From the NCBI GenBank assembly GCA_020148055.1, contig JAHCRF010000002.1, positions 28,138-92,137 on the forward strand: a stretch of 64,000 nt of DNA. Direction: 5' to 3'. Position 1 is the stretch's first letter. Each line of letters opens with the position of its first letter. Positions 1-8,785 of this stretch are shown here, in pieces. Origin of the DNA: Patescibacteria group bacterium (GTDB lineage Bacteria > Patescibacteriota > Minisyncoccia > Minisyncoccales > JAHCRE01). Position numbers and translations under genes: made by a program. The notes under the pieces were generated by a model. It was not told the origin of the DNA, made no database searches, and was given only the letters and a program-made list of their open reading frames with translations.

Positions 1-208
1 AAAGTAAGGGCTTCATAATGAGCCGATGAATAGAATCACCATGGTCAAATAACCTCAAAACCCTTGCTTCCATTTCTTCTCTGGGAGCCTTCTTGAATTT
101 AAAAAATATTGCTCGGGAGCATTTTCCGGCATCAGTAATATAAAAATGATGCTGCTCTCTGTCTTTTCGTTGATCCAAATAAAATTTATTAATAAGTTCT
201 TTTAACAT
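1..208 (-). CDS. PD-(D/E)xK (Cas4/RecB-like) nuclease family protein, N-terminal fragment; gene continues beyond window start
   Basis: Own translation from ATG at 208 (absent from ORF track, no stop in window): MLKELINKFYLDQRKDREQHHFYITDAGKCSRAIFFKFKKAPREEMEARVLRLFDHGDSIHRLIMKPLL. The x-K-C-x-R ... G-x-x-IH layout resembles N-termini of PD-(D/E)xK nucleases. Confidence 0.35.
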   Translation of the reverse strand, partial: MLKELINKFYLDQRKDREQHHFYITDAGKCSRAIFFKFKKAPREEMEARVLRLFDHGDSIHRLIMKPLL

Positions 209-209
209 A

Positions 210-716
210 TTAACGTTTCTGCCACTGAGGAGCTCTTCTCGCGCGCTTTAATCCAAATTTTTTTCTTTCTCTCATTCGAGGATCTCGAGTTAAGAAACCG
301 GCTCTTCGAAGACGTTTTCGATAATCGGGATTAAAGAGAATTAAAGCCCGAGCTATCCCATGTTTTATGGCTTCAGCTTGAGCATGAAGACCTCCACCTT
401 TTACTCTAACTGAAACTCTAAATCGATTAAGAGATTTCATTTTTTTTAATGAGGATTGGGCAACCTGCTGAAGTTCTAAAGTAGAAAAATAAATATTGAG
501 AGGTTTTTCATTAATCAAAACAGTTTTTTCTCCACGGGTAAAAAGACGAATCCTGGCCACTGCCGTTTTTCTTCGGCCAACTGCCTCAAAATACCTTTCC
601 TGAATTATCTTGGGTTTTTTAACTTTTTCTTTTGAAACTGCTTTTTTAACTTTGATTTTTTTTGTTTTTACCCTTTTTTGGGTTTTGGTTTTTTTTATTT
701 TTTTAGGTCTTGGCAT
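210..716 (-). CDS. rpsI: 30S ribosomal protein S9 with ~35-aa Lys-rich N-terminal extension
   Basis: [17 protein letters not shown]...[19 protein letters not shown]...[27 protein letters not shown]; follows rplM as in the canonical L13-S9 operon. Confidence 0.95.
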   Translation of the reverse strand: MPRPKKIKKTKTQKRVKTKKIKVKKAVSKEKVKKPKIIQERYFEAVGRRKTAVARIRLFTRGEKTVLINEKPLNIYFSTLELQQVAQSSLKKMKSLNRFRVSVRVKGGGLHAQAEAIKHGIARALILFNPDYRKRLRRAGFLTRDPRMRERKKFGLKRARRAPQWQKR

Positions 717-1062
717 ACACTATTTTTAATCTTTTAATTTGTTTTTTCTGTAATTTATTTTTAGGTAACATTCCAAAGACAGCCATTTTAAGAACCTTAG
801 CTGGATTTTTAGCAAAAAGTTTTTTGAGAGAAATTTCTTTTAAGCCTCCGGGGAAACCAGAATGACGATAATATTTTTTTTTCTCCATTTTTTTACCAGT
901 AAATCTAATTTGATTGACATTCTTAACAGTGACAAAATCGCCCATATCCTTATTGGGCTGGAAATCGGGTTTGTTTTTACCACGCAATAAGATAGCAATC
1001 TTAGTTGCCAATCTTCCTAGTACTTTGCCTGAAGCATCAATTGTATGAGTCTCTCTCTTCAT
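703..1062 (-). CDS. rplM: 50S ribosomal protein L13
   Basis: [26 protein letters not shown]...[12 protein letters not shown]; 14-nt overlap with rpsI. Confidence 0.95.
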   Translation of the reverse strand: MKRETHTIDASGKVLGRLATKIAILLRGKNKPDFQPNKDMGDFVTVKNVNQIRFTGKKMEKKKYYRHSGFPGGLKEISLKKLFAKNPAKVLKMAVFGMLPKNKLQKKQIKRLKIVYAKT

Positions 1063-1065
1063 AAC

Positions 1066-1416
1066 TTATTTTACTAATTCTATTATGGCCATTTTAGCCC
1101 CATTCGATTTCCTTGACCCGAGCTTAATAATCCTGGTATAGCCACCGCTTCTTTCTTTGTATCTTAGTCCAATTTCATCAATCAACTTTTTAACTATTTG
1201 AGGAGAAAAAAATTTTGCTAATAAACGCCTTGAAGCTAAATTTCCCCTTTTTGCTCGGGTGATAAATTTTTCTACAAAAGGACGTAATTCTTTTGCCTTA
1301 GCCTCAGTTGTCCTTATCTTTTCATTTAAAATCAGGGCGGAAGCCAACGATTTTAAAAGAGCTTTGCGTTGATTTAGTTTACGGGAAAGTTTTCTACCAC
1401 GTTTACGTTTTCTCAT
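1066..1416 (-). CDS. rplQ: 50S ribosomal protein L17
   Basis: RKLSRKLNQRKALLKSLASALILNEKIRTTEAKAKELRPFVEKFIT...GGYTRIIKLGSRKSNGAKMAIIELV; directly after rpoA. Confidence 0.95.
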   Translation of the reverse strand: MRKRKRGRKLSRKLNQRKALLKSLASALILNEKIRTTEAKAKELRPFVEKFITRAKRGNLASRRLLAKFFSPQIVKKLIDEIGLRYKERSGGYTRIIKLGSRKSNGAKMAIIELVK

Positions 1417-1423
1417 ATGATTC

Positions 1424-2341
1424 TTACTTTAATTCCAATTTTAGTTTCTTTAATGCTCTTTTAATCTCCTTTACTCCCGCCTGTCCCATCCCCTCTAATT
1501 TCAATAGGCTCTTTTCGCTTTTCCTTAAGATTCCAGCAACAGTTTTAATATTATTTTTTAGTAAAGCATTTAGAGTTCGAGTAGAAATCTTTAAATCCTC
1601 AACCCCAATTTTATTAAATTCTTCTTCAACTTTCTCTTTTTTAACTGGTATTTCCTTGGGTTTATATTTCTCGCCCAAGAAAGCGAAATGTTGAGTCAAA
1701 ATTTCTAAAGCTTTGAAGAATGCTTCCTCAGGAGTAATTGTTCCATCGGTTTCTATTTTCAGGATTAATCGGTCAAAATCAGTTCTTTCTCCCACTCTCA
1801 TATTTTCCACCCGACAGGCTACTTTTTTTACCGGAGTAAAGATGGCGTCTAAAGCAATTACTCCTACTTCCAATTTCCCTCTTTTCCTTCTTTCAACTGG
1901 AAGATAACCTATTCCCTTTTCAATTTGAATTTCCATTTCAAGCTCAGCTTTTCTATTAGTTAAAGTAGCAATAGGGGCATTTTTGTTTATCAATTCAGCT
2001 TGGGAAGGCAATTTGAAATCGGCTCCTTTGACTTGTTTTTCACCTTTAATTTTAAGGACTGCTTTTTGGGGCTCATCGGTATAAATCTTAAATCTCAATT
2101 GCTTCAAGTTTAGAAGAACTGAAATTACATCCTCCATCACCCCTGGAAGAGTTGAAAATTCGTGTTGAGCACCCTTAATTTTCACTTGAGTAACTGCTGC
2201 TCCTGGCAAAGAAGAAAGTAAAACCCTCCGGAGAGAATTGCCAATAGTTACTCCATAACCAGGATATAGAGCCTCAATCTTAAAGGAAGCTCGGTTTCCT
2301 TTTTTTTCAATAATTTTAGGTGGAAGAGGAAGAGGAATCAT
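1424..2341 (-). CDS. rpoA: DNA-directed RNA polymerase subunit alpha
   Basis: N-terminal domain FKIEALYPGYGVTIGNSLRRVLLSSLPGAAVT and C-terminal helix-hairpin-helix LKISTRTLNALLKNNIKTVAGIL; rpsD-rpoA-rplQ order. Confidence 0.95.
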   Translation of the reverse strand: MIPLPLPPKIIEKKGNRASFKIEALYPGYGVTIGNSLRRVLLSSLPGAAVTQVKIKGAQHEFSTLPGVMEDVISVLLNLKQLRFKIYTDEPQKAVLKIKGEKQVKGADFKLPSQAELINKNAPIATLTNRKAELEMEIQIEKGIGYLPVERRKRGKLEVGVIALDAIFTPVKKVACRVENMRVGERTDFDRLILKIETDGTITPEEAFFKALEILTQHFAFLGEKYKPKEIPVKKEKVEEEFNKIGVEDLKISTRTLNALLKNNIKTVAGILRKSEKSLLKLEGMGQAGVKEIKRALKKLKLELK

Positions 2342-2355
2342 ATGTTCATTAAATG

Positions 2356-2985
2356 TTATCGTGAGTAAAATTCAAAAATGGTTGGGATTTCAACTGGGGG
2401 CACAGCTTCTTCTAAGGAAGGTACAGCTGTAACCTTTCCTGTTAAGGTTTTAATATTTAAGGAAAGCCAAGAAGGAGGCTGATATTTTTTCAACTTGGCT
2501 CGAAGATTTTTAAATGTAAGTCTCTTTCGAGAAGTTTGGCGAAGAGTAATCTTATCTCCTTTTTTTAGTTGGAAACTGGGAATATTAACCGGTTTCCCAT
2601 TAATTAAAAAATGACTATGACTAACTAATTGGCGAGCCTGAGCCCGAGAGGAAGCGAATCCCAATCGAAAAATTACATTATCTAAACGACTTTCTAATTT
2701 CTGAATCAGGAATGTTGCAGCGTCTTCAATTTTCCCTCGAGATTCTAAGGTTTCCTTTATATATCTCTTAAATTGACGCTCCTCTAAATTATACCAATTT
2801 TTTAATCTTTGTTTCTCCCTTAATTCCTTTCCATATTCAGAAAGAGCCCTTAATCTTCTTTTTCTTTTCTGTCCCGGCGGATAAGGCCTTCTTACCATTG
2901 GACATTTTGGAGACAAACATTTTTCCCCCTTTAAAAAAAGCTTTACTCCTAATCTTCGACAGATTCTACATTTTGAGTCTTGCAT
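2356..2985 (-). CDS. rpsD: 30S ribosomal protein S4
   Basis: CRICRRLGVKLFLKGEKC zinc-type N-terminus, S4 RNA-binding domain RLDNVIFRLGFASSRAQARQLVSHSHFLINGKPVNIPS. Confidence 0.95.
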   Translation of the reverse strand: MQDSKCRICRRLGVKLFLKGEKCLSPKCPMVRRPYPPGQKRKRRLRALSEYGKELREKQRLKNWYNLEERQFKRYIKETLESRGKIEDAATFLIQKLESRLDNVIFRLGFASSRAQARQLVSHSHFLINGKPVNIPSFQLKKGDKITLRQTSRKRLTFKNLRAKLKKYQPPSWLSLNIKTLTGKVTAVPSLEEAVPPVEIPTIFEFYSR

Positions 2986-2986
2986 A

Positions 2987-3439
2987 TTATACTCGTCTTA
3001 CTTTTGGCGGTCGACAGCCATTGTGAGGAATAGGGGTAACATCTTGAATTGAAATAATATCCAAACCTCGATTAGCCAAAGATCTAATGGCTGATTCTCG
3101 ACCAGAACCTATACCCTTTACTAAAATTTCGACCCTATCTATCCCTAATTTTTTGGCTCGCTGAACCAAAACCTCAGCTACTTTAGAAGCAGCAAAAGGA
3201 GTGCCTTTCTTTGTCCCCTTAAATCCGACATTGCCGGCACTAGCCCAGGTAAGGGTATTCCCCTGGGAATCAGTCAAGGTCATTATTGTATTATTATAAG
3301 AAGAAAAAATAAAAACCTTCCCTTCTTTAATTTTCTGAGGAACCTTAATTTTAATCTCTTTTTTTACGGCTGCTTCTACTCTTTCTCTTTCTTTCAAAAG
3401 TTCTTCTTCAGTTTTTTTAATAATTCTTTTTTTACCCAC
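2987..3439 (-). CDS. rpsK: 30S ribosomal protein S11 (GTG start, N-terminal extension)
   Basis: [42 protein letters not shown]...[13 protein letters not shown]. Confidence 0.95.
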   Translation of the reverse strand: MGKKRIIKKTEEELLKERERVEAAVKKEIKIKVPQKIKEGKVFIFSSYNNTIMTLTDSQGNTLTWASAGNVGFKGTKKGTPFAASKVAEVLVQRAKKLGIDRVEILVKGIGSGRESAIRSLANRGLDIISIQDVTPIPHNGCRPPKVRRV

Positions 3440-3440
3440 G

Positions 3441-3522
3441 ATTTAAGTGAACCAAGTTAATTAAGAGATTAAGTTAATTTTTAAATTACCTTTCCTTAAC
3501 TTAATCTTAATCGCTTAATCTT
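3441..3522. repeat. period-7 repeat hairpin filling the rpsM-rpsK spacer
   Basis: Left arm gatttaa/gtgaacc/aagttaa/ttaagag/attaagt. Right arm ccttaac/ttaatct/taatcgc/ttaatct. The arms share a 12-nt exact complement (agattaagttaa). Confidence 0.6.
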
Positions 3523-3524
3523 CT

Positions 3525-3914
3525 TTATTTTGGTGATGGCGGTGGCTTTCTTCCCGAGCCTACAGTCTTTCTTACATTTCCTCTAACTGTCCGGGTATTA
3601 GTTCGAGTTCTTTGACCCCTAACTGGTAATCCTTTAATATGACGAATCCCCCGAAAGGTTCCTATGTCTTTTACTCTTTTAATATTCATCATTATCTCTC
3701 TTCTAAGTCCTCCCTCAATTTTATATTTTTTTTCGATATTTCCTTTAAGTCGAGAAATCTCTTCGGGCGTCAAATCTTTAGCCCGGCGCCGACCTTCAAT
3801 TCCAACTTCAGCTAAAATCCTTCTACTTAAAGAAAGACCTATTCCATAAATATAGGTTAAAGCAATCTCTATTTGTTTTTGTTCTGGAATATTAATTCCG
3901 GCGATCCTTGGCAT
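3525..3914 (-). CDS. rpsM: 30S ribosomal protein S13
   Basis: [26 protein letters not shown]...[17 protein letters not shown]. Confidence 0.95.
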   Translation of the reverse strand: MPRIAGINIPEQKQIEIALTYIYGIGLSLSRRILAEVGIEGRRRAKDLTPEEISRLKGNIEKKYKIEGGLRREIMMNIKRVKDIGTFRGIRHIKGLPVRGQRTRTNTRTVRGNVRKTVGSGRKPPPSPK

Positions 3915-3917
3915 TAT

Positions 3918-4024
3918 TCGTAGAATTCAGGATTTAGAATTTAGGGTTCAGGTTTTTAGTTTGTAATAATTTTTTACTAAGCTTCAGAACCTAGGCGCTA
4001 TATTCTAAATTCTATATCCTAAAA
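3918..4024. repeat. period-7 repeat hairpin filling the rpmJ-rpsM spacer
   Basis: 3921-3962 reads tagaatt/caggatt/tagaatt/tagggtt/caggttt/ttagttt. 3981-4024 carries the imperfect complement (..tattcta/aattcta/tatccta..). Confidence 0.55.
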
Positions 4025-4138
4025 CTATCCCTGACGTTGCTTGTGTTTAGGATTTTTACATATTACATATATCCTTCCTTTGCGCCTCACAATTTTACAT
4101 TTTTTACAAATTTTTTTAACTGACGATCTAACCTTCAT
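4025..4138 (-). CDS. rpmJ: 50S ribosomal protein L36
   Basis: Own translation, too short for the ORF track: [37 protein letters not shown]; canonical infA-rpmJ-rpsM position. Confidence 0.9.
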   Translation of the reverse strand: MKVRSSVKKICKKCKIVRRKGRIYVICKNPKHKQRQG

Positions 4139-4141
4139 GCT

Positions 4142-4363
4142 TTATTTACCCCGGTAAACAATTCTCCCTCTTTTTTTATCATAGGGACTAATCTCCACTG
4201 TCACTCGATCTCCTGGTAAAACTTTAATTCGATAAATCCTCAATTTACCAGCCAGATGGGCAATTATTTCTTTTCCGTCATCTAACATAACCCGAAAATG
4301 GGTACTAGGTAAAGCCTCTATCACCTTACCTTTTTTTCGTAAAATTTTTTTCCGGGGATTCAT
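4142..4363 (-). CDS. infA: translation initiation factor IF-1
   Basis: KGKVIEALPSTHFRVMLDDGKEIIAHLAGKLRIYRIKVLPGDRVTVEISPYDKKRGRIVYR. Confidence 0.95.
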   Translation of the reverse strand: MNPRKKILRKKGKVIEALPSTHFRVMLDDGKEIIAHLAGKLRIYRIKVLPGDRVTVEISPYDKKRGRIVYRGK

Positions 4364-4397
4364 CTTGTAATTATTAAAAATAGCAAAAATTTATAAT

Positions 4398-5597
4398 TTA
4401 GTCAACCCTTATTCTTAACTTGATTTTTTCAATATTTTGAGGAACTTTTTTCACCCAAAATGGCCAGGCACTTATTTGAGCTTTAATAATACCTGCTTGA
4501 TTTTCTAAAAGAACCTTAGTCTCTTCCAAAGATTTCCCTTTTAAGTTTTCTCTCAGAAGAGAAAGATCAATATCTAAGTAAATTTTAGCTGAGAACTTCA
4601 AATTTAAGATAATTTTTCCTGATTTAAGGTCGATTGATTCTGGCTGAAAGTCAACTTTTAAACTTTCAGTCTGAAATTTCTTATTTTGGGGAATTTGGGC
4701 CAAAATGAATTCTTTGGCAAAACTTTCAAGATCAGATTTTTTAAAAACTAGAGCTTTAGACTTTGCTTTTACCTGTAAGTTAAAGAATTGAACTTCAGCG
4801 CCTGGCTCAACCCCTGGAGAAGTTTCTAAAATCTCTTCTTTTATTGCCTCCTCCAAGAGAATGAAATCAGTCAAAATTTCGTTCTTTAAAGATTCATTTA
4901 GTCGAGCAAATAGCATTTCAGTTAAAATATTTTTTGCTGTTTCTAAATCGTCTTCAGTAACTCTTTGGATTTTTCCGCCACCTCCCATTGGTTCAAAAGA
5001 TTCTCCATGAATATAAAAGAACAAATCGGTACCACTTAGTCCGGGAACAGAAAATTTAGAAGGCCCAATGTTATATTTTTCACCTTCACCAGGACGACAA
5101 GCTTCTACTTTAATATCGATATAACTTTTAGCAGGAATAACTATTTTTTTTGATGAACAAAAATAGAGCACCTCTTCAAAAGGAGGTTGAAATCGGGTTC
5201 CTGACCTTAAAGTAACTAAGAGATGATAATTATTATAAACTCGAATTGTACCCTCAGCTTTCTTTTCAATTTCACCAGAAGAGGGAAATTCCTGAGAAAG
5301 GGCCTCTGTAATTTCAAAAATCCTTGCCGGGATAATCCCCTCGAGGGAATCTACTTGAAAAATTTTAGTGTTAGCAATAATCTTTTCCTCAAAATTTAAA
5401 ATCTCAGTTTCTGGCCAAATCTCAATTTCTACTTTAGCTAAGGTGAAATAACTAATAATTCCGAATAGAATCAAAAATAAAAAGGCAAAAACCAAACCTT
5501 TTCTAAATACTCTAGAAGAAGGTGTCTTCTGTTTCTTAATTTTCTTTTCAGCTAATTTTTTTGGTGGTAAAACATCAAAAAATTTTTTCCTAGTCAT
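4398..5597 (-). CDS. single-pass membrane protein of unknown function, translationally coupled to the upstream actin-fold ATPase
   Basis: Basic N-terminal tail (MTRKKFFDVLPPKK...) then one hydrophobic helix GLVFAFLFLILFGIISYFTLA and a ~340-aa extracytoplasmic part; 8-nt overlap with 5590..6795. Confidence 0.6.
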   Translation of the reverse strand: MTRKKFFDVLPPKKLAEKKIKKQKTPSSRVFRKGLVFAFLFLILFGIISYFTLAKVEIEIWPETEILNFEEKIIANTKIFQVDSLEGIIPARIFEITEALSQEFPSSGEIEKKAEGTIRVYNNYHLLVTLRSGTRFQPPFEEVLYFCSSKKIVIPAKSYIDIKVEACRPGEGEKYNIGPSKFSVPGLSGTDLFFYIHGESFEPMGGGGKIQRVTEDDLETAKNILTEMLFARLNESLKNEILTDFILLEEAIKEEILETSPGVEPGAEVQFFNLQVKAKSKALVFKKSDLESFAKEFILAQIPQNKKFQTESLKVDFQPESIDLKSGKIILNLKFSAKIYLDIDLSLLRENLKGKSLEETKVLLENQAGIIKAQISAWPFWVKKVPQNIEKIKLRIRVD

Positions 5598-6795
5598 AAG
5601 AAATCAAAAGGAGGGGAATTTCTTGAGGGCTGTTGAGGCCCTGAGTTTTATCTCCAATGTTTTTTAAATCTTTAGGATAGACAAGACTCACCTTCGGTTT
5701 AAAAACAAAAGGAAAGTCAGTCCAATCGCCTTTTTCTAAAATTTCTGGAATTTCTGGCAATAAACTCCCCCCACCAAAAAGAAAAATATTGGAAGGCAAT
5801 AATTTTTTGGAAAATTTCTTTAAAGTTTTTTTAAAATTTTTAAACCAATCTTGAACATTATCGGAAAAAATTTCTCTAACCTTTTTTCTTGTTTTCTCTG
5901 ATAAAAGTAACTGGGAATAATTGTGTTTTAAAACTCTTGCATCTTGAAAACTTAACCCTAAAACTTGGGAAAGCTTTCGGGTAAAATCAACTCCTCCCTT
6001 TTTAAATTCAGAAATTCCTTTTGGTTTCCCCTTTTCCATTAAAAAAATGTTTGAAAATTGGCCACCGATATCAAGGAAAATAGCATTTATCTTCTTTTTT
6101 TGGAAAAGAAGGGGCAGATTTTCAATCTGATGGACTGTTTTAGAAATTTTTAAATCTAAATCTTGGCAAATTTTCTTGATCTTTTTTAAATAATATTTTG
6201 ATAAAAAAACAGTTAAAACTCTAAAATCAAGATTTTTACCATTCAATCCTTGGAGTGAAGGGACTTCATAACCATCAATTTTTATTTCCAGAATTTTTAG
6301 ATTAGAAAAAAAGAAATCTTCGGGTAAGAGGCCCACTTCTCGAGCGAATTCTTGAGAAAGTTTTTCTTTAACCGAATCTGAAACCTCTTTATAAATTTGA
6401 TTTTTTTCAATCTCACTAATAATTTTTTTCTGATTTTTTCTTTTAAAATTTTGAGATACCACCCTTCCTCTTAAAACATTAGCTGGTAGTCCAAGAAAAA
6501 GAGTATCTGTCTTTACTTTGGTCTTCTTCTGAATCTCTTCAATTACTTTTGAGATTGCTTTTTTAAGAATTTCTTCCTCAAAATCTTTAGTATCAAAAAC
6601 TCCAAATTGCTCAAAATATTGCAATGCGCTTCCTAAAATTATGAGTTTTTTATTTTCATTTTTAAAAATTAAGGTCTTTACTGTTTCAGTTCCGATATCT
6701 AAGGCTAAAAAACATTCCGGCTTAGGGGCCCGCCAAAAGCGGGAGGGAGGTGGAGGGGTTGTAGTCTTTTTTAAAAAAGGCGATTTAAACTTCAT
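5590..6795 (-). CDS. actin-fold ATPase, FtsA/PilM-like (second paralogue in window)
   Basis: Phosphate-1 LALDIGTETVKTLIF, phosphate-2 IFLDIGGQFSNIFL, adenosine motif IFLFGGGSLLPEI. Distinct from the canonical ftsA at 26411..27619. Confidence 0.6.
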   Translation of the reverse strand: MKFKSPFLKKTTTPPPPSRFWRAPKPECFLALDIGTETVKTLIFKNENKKLIILGSALQYFEQFGVFDTKDFEEEILKKAISKVIEEIQKKTKVKTDTLFLGLPANVLRGRVVSQNFKRKNQKKIISEIEKNQIYKEVSDSVKEKLSQEFAREVGLLPEDFFFSNLKILEIKIDGYEVPSLQGLNGKNLDFRVLTVFLSKYYLKKIKKICQDLDLKISKTVHQIENLPLLFQKKKINAIFLDIGGQFSNIFLMEKGKPKGISEFKKGGVDFTRKLSQVLGLSFQDARVLKHNYSQLLLSEKTRKKVREIFSDNVQDWFKNFKKTLKKFSKKLLPSNIFLFGGGSLLPEIPEILEKGDWTDFPFVFKPKVSLVYPKDLKNIGDKTQGLNSPQEIPLLLISYD

Positions 6796-6823
6796 CTTTT
6801 GATTATACCACAGAATATGAATT

Positions 6824-8599
6824 TTATTCCAAGATTGCTCTGATCCGCCTTACCCCCGCGCCCGATGAGTCTTCTCTAATGATTTTAAATCTACCTAATT
6901 CTGAAGTTCTTTTGATATGGGGGCCAGCGCAAATTTCTTTTGAAAAAACTTGGCCTGAGGGATCCGAAGGGTCACCTATTGAATAAACACTGACAATTTT
7001 AGGATATTTTTCTTTGAAAAAAGCGAGAGCGCCTGATTTTAAGGCCCGCTCATAAGACATTTCTTCTTTCTTTATCTTCAAATCTTTTTTTATTTTTTGA
7101 TTAACTAAATCTTCAACTTTTTTAATCTCCTCAGTTGTTATTTTTTGGGGATGGGAAAAATCAAAACGAAGTCTTTGAGGACTAATGTCTGAACCCATTT
7201 GTTTAACATGAGATCCTAGAATTTTTCTTAAAGCGGCGTGGAGTAAATGGGTTGCGCTATGGAGTTTAGTAGCTTCATAAGTTGCTTCTCTTCCCACTCC
7301 TCCAAATTTTTTCTCTACTCCTGCCCGAGAAATTTCCCGATGTTTTTCAAGGGCTTTTTTAAATCCTTCAATATCAATTTCCAATTTTCTTTCTTTAGCT
7401 AATTCTTGAGTCAGTTCTAAAGGAAATCCATAAGTATCGAAAAGATGAAAGGCGTCAATTCCTGAAATCTTTCCTTTCGCTGAAATCTTTTCAAACTGTT
7501 TCAGGCCTCGTTTGAGAGTCTTTCCAAATTTCTCTTCTTCATTTTGAATAATGGTTAAAATATCAGCTTGTCGTGATCGGAGTTCAGGATAAATATCTCT
7601 GTAAATTTCAATAACTTTTTGAGCTAAAGAAATTAAAAAATTTTTAGGCAAATTTAATAATCTCCCAAATCTAATTGCCCTTCTTAAAATTCTTCGCAAA
7701 ACATATCCCCTTTCTACATTTGAAGGGAGAATTCCTTCTGACGCTAAGAAAACCGAACCTCTGGTGTGATCAGTAATAATTCTATAAGGGATAGGATTAA
7801 GAGAATAGGGTTTAGAAGAATTTTTTGAAATTTCCTTAATAACTGGCTCGAATAAATCGGTCTCATAGACTGAGGGTTTTTTCTGACAAATCATAGCTAA
7901 TCTTTCCAATCCCATACCAGTATCAACTCCCTTTGGTTTTAAAGGACTTAATTTTCCATTCTTATTCTGATAATATTCATTAAAAACTAAGTTCCAGAGT
8001 TCAATAAATCTACCACAGTCACAATTTGGAATACAATTTTTTCCTTTCTGACATGATTCGCCAATTAAATCATAGTGAATCTCAATTGTTGGGCCACAGG
8101 GTCCTTCTTGACCAGTTGGTCCCCAGAAATTTTCTTTAATACCGAACTTGTAAATTCTGTTTTTTGAAACCCCTATTTTTTTCAAAATTTCTAAAGATTC
8201 TTTATCTTCTGGAATATTTTCCTCACCTTTAAAGTAGGTAAACCATAATTTTGAGAGAGGGATTTTAAAATTTTTGGTTAAAAGTTCAAAAGCCAATTCA
8301 GTTGTCTCTTTCTTAAAATAATCTCCGAAGCTAAAATTTCCTAACATTTCAAGAAAAATTAAATGTTTAGTATCACCGACTTCTTCAATATCAGAAGTTC
8401 TGAAGCATTTCTGACAGGAAGTAACTTTATTTCCATAAGGAGAGGATTTTCCTAAGAAATATTCTTTAAACTGCTGCATCCCGGCGGTGGTAAATAGAAC
8501 AGTAGGATCTGATGGCAAAAGCGAAGAAGACGGTACAATTTTATGTCCTCTTTTTTCAAAAAAACCCAAAAATTTTTTTCGAATTTCCAAGGATTTCAT
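6824..8599 (-). CDS. alaS: alanine--tRNA ligase, short form (591 aa; catalytic, tRNA-recognition and editing domains, no C-Ala domain)
   Basis: MKSLEIRKKFLGFFEKRGHKIVPSSSLLPSDPTVLFTTAGMQQFK, FEMLGNFSFGDYFK, editing-domain HSATHLLHAALRKILG...CAGPH; protein ends right after the editing domain. Confidence 0.9.
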   Translation of the reverse strand: MKSLEIRKKFLGFFEKRGHKIVPSSSLLPSDPTVLFTTAGMQQFKEYFLGKSSPYGNKVTSCQKCFRTSDIEEVGDTKHLIFLEMLGNFSFGDYFKKETTELAFELLTKNFKIPLSKLWFTYFKGEENIPEDKESLEILKKIGVSKNRIYKFGIKENFWGPTGQEGPCGPTIEIHYDLIGESCQKGKNCIPNCDCGRFIELWNLVFNEYYQNKNGKLSPLKPKGVDTGMGLERLAMICQKKPSVYETDLFEPVIKEISKNSSKPYSLNPIPYRIITDHTRGSVFLASEGILPSNVERGYVLRRILRRAIRFGRLLNLPKNFLISLAQKVIEIYRDIYPELRSRQADILTIIQNEEEKFGKTLKRGLKQFEKISAKGKISGIDAFHLFDTYGFPLELTQELAKERKLEIDIEGFKKALEKHREISRAGVEKKFGGVGREATYEATKLHSATHLLHAALRKILGSHVKQMGSDISPQRLRFDFSHPQKITTEEIKKVEDLVNQKIKKDLKIKKEEMSYERALKSGALAFFKEKYPKIVSVYSIGDPSDPSGQVFSKEICAGPHIKRTSELGRFKIIREDSSGAGVRRIRAILE

Positions 8600-8628
8600 A
8601 ATCTAATTTATATTTTACAATTTTAAAG

Positions 8629-8778
8629 GCCACTTTAAAAGTGGCACTTTTAGAGAGCTCGAGAACCTTTTATTAAAAGGTTCTCGAATATATGCCTTCG
8701 GCTACGGGTATAAGGTCCCGAGCCGAAGGTAACCTCTAATTTTTGGCGGCTGGACACCTTTTTCTGAAAAAGGGGTCC
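8629..8778. other. four consecutive stable hairpins in the ykuK-like / alaS spacer (possible leader, regulatory element or small RNA)
   Basis: H1 8629-8645 GCCACTTT/AAAGTGGC. H2 8660-8686 CGAGAACCTTTT-att-AAAAGGTTCTCG. H3 8695-8729 CCTTCGGCT..CGGG..CCCG..AGCCGAAGG. H4 8752-8778 GGACACCTTTTT-ctg-AAAAAGGGGTCC. Confidence 0.4.
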
Positions 8779-8785
8779 ACTTTTG

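Noticed and set aside
1308-1694. 128-aa plus-strand ORF, and many similar track ORFs: 1713-1907, 3664-3849, 14908-15252, 15454-15885, 23109-23417, 25393-25671, 27768-28073, 57616-58152, 59529-59813 and others
   Set aside because: All lie antisense to strongly conserved genes (r-proteins, tuf, ybeY, PerM, M16). They have low-complexity, Phe/Leu/Ser-rich translations typical of the reverse strand of AT-rich coding DNA.
8600-8785. T-box riboswitch upstream of alaS
   Set aside because: No T-box consensus (..GGGUGGNACCGCG..), no recognisable specifier loop with a GCU codon, and no terminator/antiterminator pair with a U-tract on the minus strand.
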